Shown here: in pieces, positions 1 to 9,924 of the stretch
Layout of the letters: every line of letters begins with the position of its first letter
Position numbering within the stretch: position 1 is the stretch's first letter
NCBI RefSeq assembly: GCF_000143415.4
Contig: NW_003314261.1
Span: forward strand, 6,413,729 to 6,477,728
Source: Selaginella moellendorffii
Taxonomy: Eukaryota > Plantae > Lycopodiophyta
Length of the DNA stretch: 64,000 nucleotides
Direction: 5' to 3'
Program-made: the position numbers and the translations under genes
The notes under the pieces: model-generated
Told to the model about the DNA's origin: nothing
The model's input: the letters and a program-made list of their open reading frames with translations, nothing else
Databases searched by the model: none

Positions 1-2635
1 TTTGAAGGATCCGCAACCAATCCTCCCCTCTGTGACACCATTGGTGTTGGATTCAAGTGTCGGTTTTGCAAGAATGCTCCATTGTGTCGTGCCATCTGCG
101 GGGCCAAGATGTACTATTTTCTTCCACGGGATGGAGAGGTTGGTAGAGCTGCAGTACATATTGGCACGCACACACATCCAATGCAAGAAGGGATACAAAG
201 GAGTTCAGTCAACCATTTCAAAGATGCAGTGTAGATAGAGACTGTGGGAAACTCATCTGCAACTCCGAAGCATGTTCAGAAGACAGTGCTCAAGGATTTT
301 ATCGCAAATACTTTACTTGATCCGGACTACAAGAATACTCAACTGGATGAGGCTAGCTTGCGGGAGTTACTACGACATGTGCAACCTGCAACTAGCCTCA
401 GGAGGTATGAAAATATTATTACATACTTTTCAATAATATCTCTCTTACATTTTGTTTTATTTAGGATAAAGTCTTGGATGTGTGAATCTCGAGAGGGGAA
501 ACTCCAATAAAAAATTGACTCAATCCTTGAACTAAAACGGACTTGTCCCTATGAGTTTATCCATGGGAGTTTATTTCCAGATCAAGTCGTTAGTGAGCAA
601 GAGCACCCCTTCGTTTTCAAAATGTCTACCATGGGCCCTGCCTCTGGTGTGGATCTTATTTCCCAAATGGATATGTCTGGGTCGAGTGACCTTGCTAATG
701 CATGGGTACATTTTGACCATATGGAGCGGGTGGCAGGTTGGACAACCATGGGAGCTCATGTGTATGATCCAAGGTAGTTTTTTTTCTCATTATCTTAAAA
801 TGATTTTAAACATTGCACTTTTCACAGGCTACGTTGTAACTTGACAATTGCAACGGCAGAGTTTAAAGTACAAGACCAGATGGCTCAAGAAATATTTTGG
901 AAGTCCCTCTCCGACATTGTATTGAAGCGGACTGGTAAGCCTGCCAACTTTCGCGGTTTCATGGCAGATGGGGCTGGGGCTAATTGGAATGGTGTCCGGG
1001 CAGTCTTTGGGAATGGTCAACCATTGGAAGGTCGTGAGAGGACTTGTGAGTTCCATTGGGCTCAGAGCCTAAACCAACACTGCCATCTTATCAAGCCAGA
1101 TTTCCAATTAGCATTTAAGGAGTTGTGCAAACAATGGCAGGCTGCACCTTCTGAAGAAGAGCATGAGGCAAAAGCAAACGAGATCCGAATGTGGTGGCGT
1201 GAAGATGGCCATACTGACGTAAGTTGTCTACCACAACTTGAGTCGTGGTTGGGGTGGTGGGAAGTTAGAATGTTCCAATGGGGACATCACTCTTTTCAGG
1301 TTGGTTTTTCTTTTTTTCCTCTCTTTTTATTGCTTTTTAATATCATCTTTTTATAAGGATCAACCACTTGAGGATCTTGCATACACCCCAACTGTGAATC
1401 TTTCAGAGAGTAAACATTGGAGCTGGCGTTCCTCTGAGGCAGGGAAAGGGAAGATGAGTCTATATGAAGCATGTCTATCAGATTTGATACGCGCTGTAGA
1501 GCAGTCTTCAAAAGCCTTGGCATTTGAGGAAGGAAGATACATAGGAACAGGACCTTCGGTTGAGATGTTACACGATCGGATGAAGAAGAAAGTGACTCCA
1601 CCAGCACGAACAATGGCAACTGCAGTGGAGGAAGTGGTCCGTGGCACATCTATGGAGTACACTCCTCGGGCTTCTATTGGTGATATGAAGACCGTCCGCT
1701 CAAAGCATCGATTTTCCTTTGCTGGTGAAGATGTTGGCACAGATCTTGGAGCAAAAAGCTCTCACAGGCCTGATGTTGAGTATCATTCTGCTCCAAGACA
1801 TCGCCCCAGAACCAAACCACCTCAAGTGGCTGATGAAGAAAGTGCATCACAGCAGGTTGAAATTGCTTATCGTAGTGTGGAGCCGAAGCAATAGGCAATC
1901 CGTCGAGTGCCAGCGAAATCAAATGTAAGGTGTGTGGGGATGCTTCCAAGGGGCAAGTGTTGGGCTTGGATCCGTGGTGATAAGTCTGCTTCTGTTCCAG
2001 CCCCATGTTTCCATGGGGAACGAAAGCAAGCAGGATTTTCAAGATGGTGTTGGTTATATTGCTGCAACTCTGATGTCAACCATACAAAGCGGCTTGAAGA
2101 CACTATAGTGACTAAACCTAATGCAGTACCTAAAGAATGGCCGGTTGCTAATGGGGTTGCGCTCACCTCGGATGAGATTGAAAACCTTGAGAAATCTGGT
2201 TTCAATCTTGAGAGGAGAGTTGGAGATATGAGTGACAGAACCAAGACTATTCCTACAGAGATGCACAGGAGGCCAGCACGAAAAGGTAAGGCAGTTAAAT
2301 TTATTGGTACCGTCTCCAAGCAGAAGCAAGGTAAAATAAACTTGGCTCAAACACTTGAGTGTGAGATTCTCTCCACGAAGTACATCACTGCGCTCGCAAA
2401 GGAGTACACAGTCAAAACAGAAGGTGGAGAGTACACAATTGCCATTCAAGACTTTCCTTCTTGCACATGTCTAGACTTTACGAAGTGCGAGGAACATGGG
2501 AAGGCATATGCTCCTTGCAAGCATATGTACTACATCTTCATCAACATCTTGCACCAGGATCCTAAAGTGGATATTCATATACACCAAGCAAGCCTTACTA
2601 TTGCCGAGTTGCAGAGAACTTTTGGAGCTAATTAG
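1..2635 (+). mobile_element. Mutator-like (MULE) transposase pseudogene with C-terminal SWIM zinc finger, 5'-truncated by the window edge
   Basis: Spliced frame (introns ~405-464, ~774-828, ~1301-1357) gives a Cys/His-rich N-terminus (CRFC..C...C..HIGTHTH), WVHFDH, FMADGAGANW, CEFHW (CxxH) and NLSESKH DDE-type motifs, and SWIM CTCLDF..CKH. In-frame stops at 232-234, 508-510 and 1892-1894. Confidence 0.8.
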
Positions 2636-3999
2636 ATTTTCCAGCACTATCGATGTTTATTCTCTATCAATAATATAAACTACTTATACCTTATATAATT
2701 AATAAAAATATTTTATTATTTCACTTTTCATTTCATATACTTGTGAGGTTCTTTTCGCAATATTACCCATAGTATTTGTGAGTCTCCATTTTTGTCTTTA
2801 CCTTCTCAAAAAATATTTCGAGATAGTCTTTCGGGTGTATGATGTTACAATGTATTGTGAGAGCATATGTACCATCACAGTTGTTTTTTTTTCCTTTCAA
2901 ATGGTTATATGGCCTTATATAGAATCTTAAGTCAAATTTAATAATTTTAAAATTCTGACGAACCTGACATTTACTAGCTAGAAAGCACAGTGTACAAATT
3001 TAAAGAAGTGACAAGAATACTCTTTTTGCAAACATTTTATTTTATATTCTAACAAACGTCTCTATTATTGCATGTAGTAAATATTTAAATTATTAGAACA
3101 AGAAGTGTCATTTAGAACATTTTTATCTATATAATATATAGAGAGTTATGAAATTATTAAGTTCGCCATAACTTTAAAATTTTAAAGTTTATAATGTTTG
3201 TACTAAATTACAATTGAAAATTGAGCTCAACTCGTGAACTCAACTCTTCAGCTCGTGAGCTCAAGTATGGTCCACGCTCTACTTGAGCATGAGGATGTTT
3301 GTGGTGATCAACAGCCACCCAACACTAAAGATGGAGGCCCAGGAGCTCCAAGAGTATGTGCTTGCTTATGCATCTTTTTCGCAAAAGTTCTCACTTCTTT
3401 CCATAAGACTGGATTAGTAGTGAAGCACTATAACCAACACTCTAGAGTAGTGGAGCACCAAGTGTGCTATGGTTATCCAACAGCCAAAGTGCCATGGGAA
3501 ATTGAGATTGCTCTCAATTCTCTAGTGAGTGTTTATCATTTGAATTTGTAGGCACAGATCTGAGAGATAAGGTACTAGGGCACAAGCCATGGATAGCAGG
3601 TGACAAAAAATGTTGCTTGCTAGCCCATAAACTTCCTCAATCAATTAATATAACTAAGATGGCATTTACTTTGTCATATAGTTTTCTTCTTTATATACAT
3701 TATTTGGTTGATAGATAGAGTTGCCCCTCACCAATTGATAAAGGTAATTCTTTGTCTGTACTGATGTATTGATCAGGCAATTATAGCAATTCCATATATA
3801 TTACCTCTCTTTATATATGAGACTTACATTTCAAACATGAGGATGACACTCTAAAGCTTAGTCTTAATACAAAGAAATTAAACACACTTAAAAATCTTTT
3901 AGCATAGTTTATTAATTTTATGATTTTGAATTTATAGTTTGTATCTAACATATATTAATAAGAAATTTTTATGTAATACTTTCCTTAGTTTTACCTAGG

Positions 4000-4918
4000 T
4001 ATGGGTAGTAGTATTAGTATTGTTGGTATTTTCCAGATTGGCAACCTCTATTTCTTGGGTAGAAACCTCGACGTCAACAACATTCTATTGGTGTAGTTAT
4101 AGTAGAAGGTCTAGATAATGAAATGTTTCTTGGAAACAAAGAGTCATGCAAGTAATAAAGGGTTCTTTTGTGAATAAGTTAATGACCCTTCTATTTTTCT
4201 TTTGGGAGTATCATCAAGAAGTTCATTCGGCACCAATTCATCTAGTGTTTACTTTCCAAAGTCATTTTTATAAGAAGTCCCCTATTAATTTCTTCATTTT
4301 AGTTGATACAGCTTCAAGTTTATCTTTTATTGCTCGACTTGTTACCACATGTTACCATCTATATTTGAATCCCAATTTTCATTCTTTATAGCAATGGTTA
4401 TATACACAGATGAGGTAAACCTAATTCTGCATGTAGGTGATCTTGAGCTTGAGCTGTAATTATTGTGGGTGATGTCGAGTCAAATTTTTAATCTCATCCT
4501 TGGTATAGATTGGTTGTAGTGCAATCATACCAAGTGTGATTTTGAGGTTTCTTCCCCTTATTTCATACTTCTTTATATTTCTTCCATTTCTCTCACTTTT
4601 GTTTTTCTTTATTTATTTGTTTCTATATTTTCTTCCATCACTTTTATCTCCCCATTACTTCCTTCTAAGTTTCCATCTTGTTCTTCTATTTCTTTTTTAA
4701 ATCCCTTTGATAGTTTTCATGTTGCAGTGGTTTACAAATTCATGAAAGAGTACGCCAATCTCTTTGAATTTAACTTGTTGTCCAGGGCTAAAATTGCAAC
4801 ACATCATTCTATTCCAACTGGGGATGCTTGTCCAATCAAGGTTTCTAATTATTGTTAGTCACCAAAAGAGATCAAGATTTTATATATAAATATCAAGGAG
4901 ATGTTGGAAAAGGGTGTT
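4000..4918 (+). mobile_element. Degenerate gag-end/protease/RT-start remnant of the short-LTR Ty3/gypsy family
   Basis: Collinear similarity to the reverse complement of 45480-46410 (FFWEYHQ, ILVDTASSLS, KEMLEKGV), with many stops. Confidence 0.8.
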
Positions 4919-6130
4919 CCACTTTGGTTTATTTGACTTTGTTTGGTTCTGCCTCAGTCTTCGCTGAAGGGTCCATGCATTTTACACTACTAGCATTTGT
5001 AGTCTTTTGCTTTTTCTTCCTCTTTTCATGACTTTTTAATTTGCGTACGAGAGTTTATTGGTCTGTGCCAATTGTCTTTCTAGAACATCTAATCAAGCCT
5101 TGAACGACCAAACCTCATCACCGAACTCCTATTTGGAAGTTTCCTCATTGGAGTCCTCCTCATGTAAGGATTCCTTATCCATAGCTTTTTGTTCAATCGG
5201 AGGCTCCAGCTTTGGAGGAGATTCCATCTCCACTTTGGTTCTTTTACACCCTACCTTTACCATCTCCCAGCAATCCACCTCTATCCTTTGTTAGAACTAA
5301 GGAAAACGCTCAGATACCAAATTGTAAGCCATAAATTTTTCATTTCCAATTTGCCAGTTTACCTCGTTTATCCAACTAACACTGCCTTGGCCTTATTTAG
5401 GTTCCCTCACCAAAGTTCTTGCCTATTATACTAGCTCCGACTTGATCCTATTTGGTTTTAGCAATTCACTACACAATGGAGTGTTAGCCATCTATCCACG
5501 GATTCCTAAATCTCTCCCAATCCCCCTCCCTAGGTTAGACTAGATATAAAGTTTGGTTACACTCCTCGTACGCACAAGCAACCAAGCACACCAAGCCTCT
5601 AGGTTCTTAACATCCCTGGGTACAATAAAACTTGATCATGGGACCCTCTAAATCCCAAGCCTTGAGTGCAACACTTGCTTCGGGACACCGGGGGAAAACA
5701 CCATGGCCTAACGGCCTGGTATGGGTACTTTTACTCCTACACTACTATCTTGAAGGGAAGGCTTAAGCCCCTAGGAAGAGGCAAGGATTAATGAGCCACA
5801 AAGTACTCAAATGGGGCACCATTCTACATGAGTTGGGAGCACTGCAGTCGATTTCCCTTTCGAGAGTGGGAGCTACTTTTGAGCACTTCCTTGGGTGGCC
5901 CCTCCAGCACCACCTAAGTCCATGCTCACTCGCACCCAAGGCCCCTTAGCCCTAGTTTCAACCTCAAATCAGTTTAGAAGCACCAGTAAAGAGTTCTTTC
6001 AAGACTAGTTCCTGGACCTCATTATCCCTACTATACTTTTGGAACCCCTTGCAAGCCCCCCCCCCCCTAGGCGACACACACTTTGGGCTTTCACCCCTCA
6101 ACCTATATTAGGATTCAGATATTCATGCTC

Positions 6131-6380
6131 GGTCTCGAACTCAACCTCAGACTCAATCTTGGACTTGACCTCAGATTTAGTCTCGGACTCGATCTCAAAC
6201 CCGATCTTGGACTCTGTCTCGGACTCGATCTCGGACTTGGTCTCAGACCCAATCTTAGATCTCAGACTCAGTCACGAACTTAGTCTTGAACTTGGTCTCG
6301 GAGTCAACCTCGGACTTGATCCTGGACTCTGTCTCGAACTCGGTCTTAGAGTTGGTCTTGGACTCAATTTTAAACTTAAT
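6131..6380. repeat. Degenerate 12-bp minisatellite (consensus GRTCTCGGACTC, ~20 units)
   Basis: Periodic ctcggactc/cttggactc/ctcagactc visible by eye. It produces the spurious SDSISD/LGLDL ORFs. Confidence 0.75.
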
Positions 6381-6399
6381 CCCATCTGATGAACTTTTT

Positions 6400-7870
6400 A
6401 TAATTTTGGTCATGCCTTTGGGGATTTTTTAGCCTACGACACCTTGGGGAGTTGGTTTTTTACACAATATTGCCTTAAGGACAATATTTTTTATTTTGTG
6501 GGGACAAATGTTAATGATCATTTATGGCTAGTGGTGCTTTCAATCTTTATTCCACACTTTCTCTATGCCTACCATAATTTTCTTATTTTAGAGAGGTATA
6601 TAGGACATCGTTATGTGACTAAGAAGCTGTGTAGGTCTTTCTATTAGCCGGAGATGTAATGTGATATTATCTAGTATATGAATAATTATGTTTGGTCCTA
6701 AGTTCGTAATACTCCCCTTATGGACGATTAGAGTCAATTGCAATTTCCCATCCATTTGAGTTAGTGGCATTTTATCTGATGGGGCATTTTCCATGGTCGA
6801 TTATTAGCAATGAATATGTCATTATTGTTTTTGCTCATTTGACTCGCTAAGTGGAAATTGATACTTTTGCTAGTCCATCTACAATTGTTATTAGATACTT
6901 CCTCTTCAATTGTATAGTGTCCCAACATTTATGTTTGAAGCGAATTCTTTCGGATGATAGTCCCACATTTATGGTTAAGGAAATTCATGTTTTGACGTCT
7001 TGATTAGGGATACACCACACTTTCATGAATGCTTATCATTTATACTCAGATGGTTTGGTGGAATGGCTCATTCGGACTTTCAAAGGGATGATCGTGAAGT
7101 ATGTAAACTTTTAACATTCAGATTGGGATGGTTATTTGCTGTCTTTTCGGTATACATATGTCATAGGGGTGTAAAGTTCTATTGATGTTTCATTATATAA
7201 ACTCTTATATGGTCATGATCCAATATTATCAATGGAGTTGAGTTTACCTTCGCGATTGCTATGAGTTGTTGATGCTAAATCTTGGGATTAGTATTTGACA
7301 AACATTCTTCCACTTGTTTGAGTAACATTTGCTAAACACCCAGGCCACATACAAGTGGGACAATAATGGCACTACAACTCCCATCATCGTCCATATATAG
7401 AGTACAAAATGGATAACTTAGTGTTAGTCAGTTTTCTTAATCTTACGGTATGTGGTTCCTTACTCAATGGAAGGGACTATATAAGGTGTTATGGTAAATT
7501 AGACCACAAGTTTATAAAGTTTGGCATGACGTCTAACAAGTTAATCCTCCAAAAATTGTGCATATGTAGCAGTTGAAATGCTTCGTACAAAGGGATCAGG
7601 AACAACTTGAATCATATAAATCCATTGATTCCTCTTCTTGATGTTCCTCTAAATCCCAGCCATGCACAAAAAAACATTGATTGTTTCCATCATTCAGGAT
7701 GATATGAAGTCTAAATATACAATTAAAATGCTATATATTAATATTAGTGTTGTGGGAGTTTAGTAGCTGTTAGATAGATTAAATAGGAATTTAGTAGTTG
7801 TTGGATTGATTTCAATCTAGACCACTCACTCTTGTATATACACTAAGGTTTTTGGGCTAATTGATATATA
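6400..7870 (+). mobile_element. Degenerate integrase plus PPT plus partial 3' LTR of the short-LTR gypsy family
   Basis: Similarity to the reverse complement of 42600-44100 (DHLWLVV, GHRYVTKKLCRSFY). LTR-like text at ~7720-7870. Confidence 0.8.
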
Positions 7871-8097
7871 TAAAATATAAACCATATATTTAAATCATTA
7901 ATATATTCAAAAGTGAAAAAAAAAGTACTATGTAAATATTCTTGTAAAAGATATTATATAGAAAGTACTACTCATTAAAGTATGAATAAAACACTATATT
8001 CATAAAAAAAATTACTTTTTAAAAAAGCTATTGACAATTAAAACAATATTTGCTAATTGGGCAACATATACCAGGCAATAGCTAGACAGTAGCAACA

Positions 8098-8186
8098 GTG
8101 CATCAGAGAGATTCCCATTTTTAAGTGATCAGCACGAAAGAGATTTTCAGCTGTCCCTATCTAGACGATTGAATCATCATCTGCAC
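8098..8186 (-). ncRNA. Box C/D snoRNA, snoR44 / SNORD79+SNORD74-like double guide for 25S rRNA
   Basis: Terminal stem GTGCA/TGCAC, C box ATGATGA, D' and D boxes CTGA. Guides TAGATAGGGACAG and TGGGAATCTC are complementary to the conserved LSU rRNA stretch GAGAUUCCCACUGUCCCUAUCUA. Confidence 0.88.
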
Positions 8187-8237
8187 TTCGAGCTGCGAAA
8201 AAAACCTGGAGAGAAATGGACAAGAATCACAAAACAA

Positions 8238-8316
8238 GGCCTCAGAGATCTTGGTGAACAAAGCGTCATCATCTAAGCAATCAAGAGTAGCAAGTATTAA
8301 GATGTCATCACAGGCC
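8238..8316 (-). ncRNA. U24: Box C/D snoRNA U24 (SNORD24/snR24-like)
   Basis: GGCC terminal stem, C box GTGATGA, C' ATGATGA, D' TTGA, D CTGA. Guides CACCAAGATCT and AATACTTGCTACT are complementary to LSU AGAUCUUGGUG and AGUAGCAA(A/G)UAUU. Confidence 0.88.
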
Positions 8317-9005
8317 GATCGAAAAGTATCACTCGCTGCTGTTGGATTCGAATGGAGCTCGATGAACGTAACAAGTCACAAGGAGCTACGATTAAATCCT
8401 CTGAAAGAGACCTCGCATGAAAAGCCGAGTGAAAACCACAGAGCTCCACAGCGAGAACTCACCAGATCAATCTTCCATACGTGTAACGGCTGAGAACCAT
8501 CATAGAAATTTTTTTTTCCTTGGCAGCAGCCTGACTAGTATGCGTAAGAACTACAAAAAGAAAGAGAATTTGCCAAAGCAAATAAAGGCACACGCCACAG
8601 AGACGAGACCCCAACTTAGCCTGGCCCAAGTTCCTCTCGGCAGAAATTTCCAAGAGCAAAGCGAGTACACATACCAGCGCAGCGCTCGTGACAAGAGAGA
8701 AATCTCGCCGATTAGAATCCTTTGGAGCTGTGAATCGATTATCGGCCTCGTGGGGCACTGAAGATTGGCGCAATCGAATCGGCAGTGATCACAAGGCCAT
8801 GGAGCCATTCTCGCATTCTAGAATTTGTGCCCGGCAATGAGATCCATGCCGGCCACAACTCAACGAAGAAATGCTTTCCCCAAAACCCCAAGAACCCTAG
8901 CCGCAACTAGGGCTCATAAGAAAATTTCTTGAAACGAATATACCAAGAGATGCTAAAAGAATATGCTCAGAGGATTCTTCTTTAGACCTAGATTTTGGGC
9001 GACAA

Positions 9006-9835
9006 ATGGCGGACAAGAAGGAGGTGTGCCTGACAATGCATCAGCCTTGGGCGTCGCTGCTCGTCCATGGGATCAAGAGGATCGAAGGCCGATCCTGGAG
9101 CTCCTCGGTGCGCGGTGAGCGCCAATTGCTCTTGAATTTCTGCCAAACTCTCTCTTGAATTTCCTAGGCCGTTTGTGGATACACGCAGCTGCAAAGGTGC
9201 CCGAGCCAGAGACAATTCGAGAGCTGGAGCGCTTCTACACTGAGGTTTACGCTGCACAAGGGATCAAAGACATCAAATTTCCCGAGTTTTATCCAACGTC
9301 GGTGTTGCTCGGTGAGAAACGAAAAGGTTTGTTAGAACTTCTTGACAAGAACTGTCCAGGTTGCGTCAATGTGGTGGATTGTGTGAAGCTCGAGGAGCTC
9401 GTCAGCCGCGAAGAACTTCCTCAAAGTGTAAGAGAGTAGCTTTTTCTCGATTGAAGCTTAGTTTTTCTCTTTCGACTGTACAGATACGCATGGAGGCGCT
9501 GAGTGAGTGCTGCTGGCTCTGTGAAGAACCCCAAGTGAGTACTTAACGGAGTTTTTTGCTTCTTTCCTGTTCATGGCTCATGGTTTTACCACTTCCAGAA
9601 GCTGGTGATCCCATTCCAAATGCGTGGGTGGCAAGGCGTCTACAATCTCGAGAAGAAGGTAAGATCAAAAACAGCGTCGATCGACTGAAAAAACTTCTTT
9701 CTTTTACGTTTCTCTCTCCAGATCGCATCAGCAGCCGTGGGAGGCTTGAAAGCTGTGCAAGGTCCCGGTCCAGTCAAGTTCTCGGGCCTTGGAGTTTCTT
9801 CCAAATCTCCAGGCAAAGCCATCAAGAACACATAA
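9006..9835 (+). CDS. ASCH-domain (ASC-1 homology) RNA-binding protein, 6 exons
   Basis: MADKKEVCLTMHQPWASLLVHGIKRIEGRSW..RGRLWIHAA..YPTSVLLGCV..MRGWQGVYNL; ASCH GxKxxExR motif; short GT-AG introns. Confidence 0.9.
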
Positions 9836-9924
9836 GTGGAAGAGGTACCTTCGATCCATCTTTCCTTGTCAGTCTCTAAATCGACGTTTCTTTTCCATGC
9901 TCCGATAAACAAAAGAGAACTCGA

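Noticed and set aside
4920-6060. Unrelated segment inside the gypsy remnant
   Set aside because: Probably another decayed TE, but no termini or domains could be identified.
6039-6389. SDSISD / LGLDL repetitive ORFs
   Set aside because: Translations of a 12-bp minisatellite.
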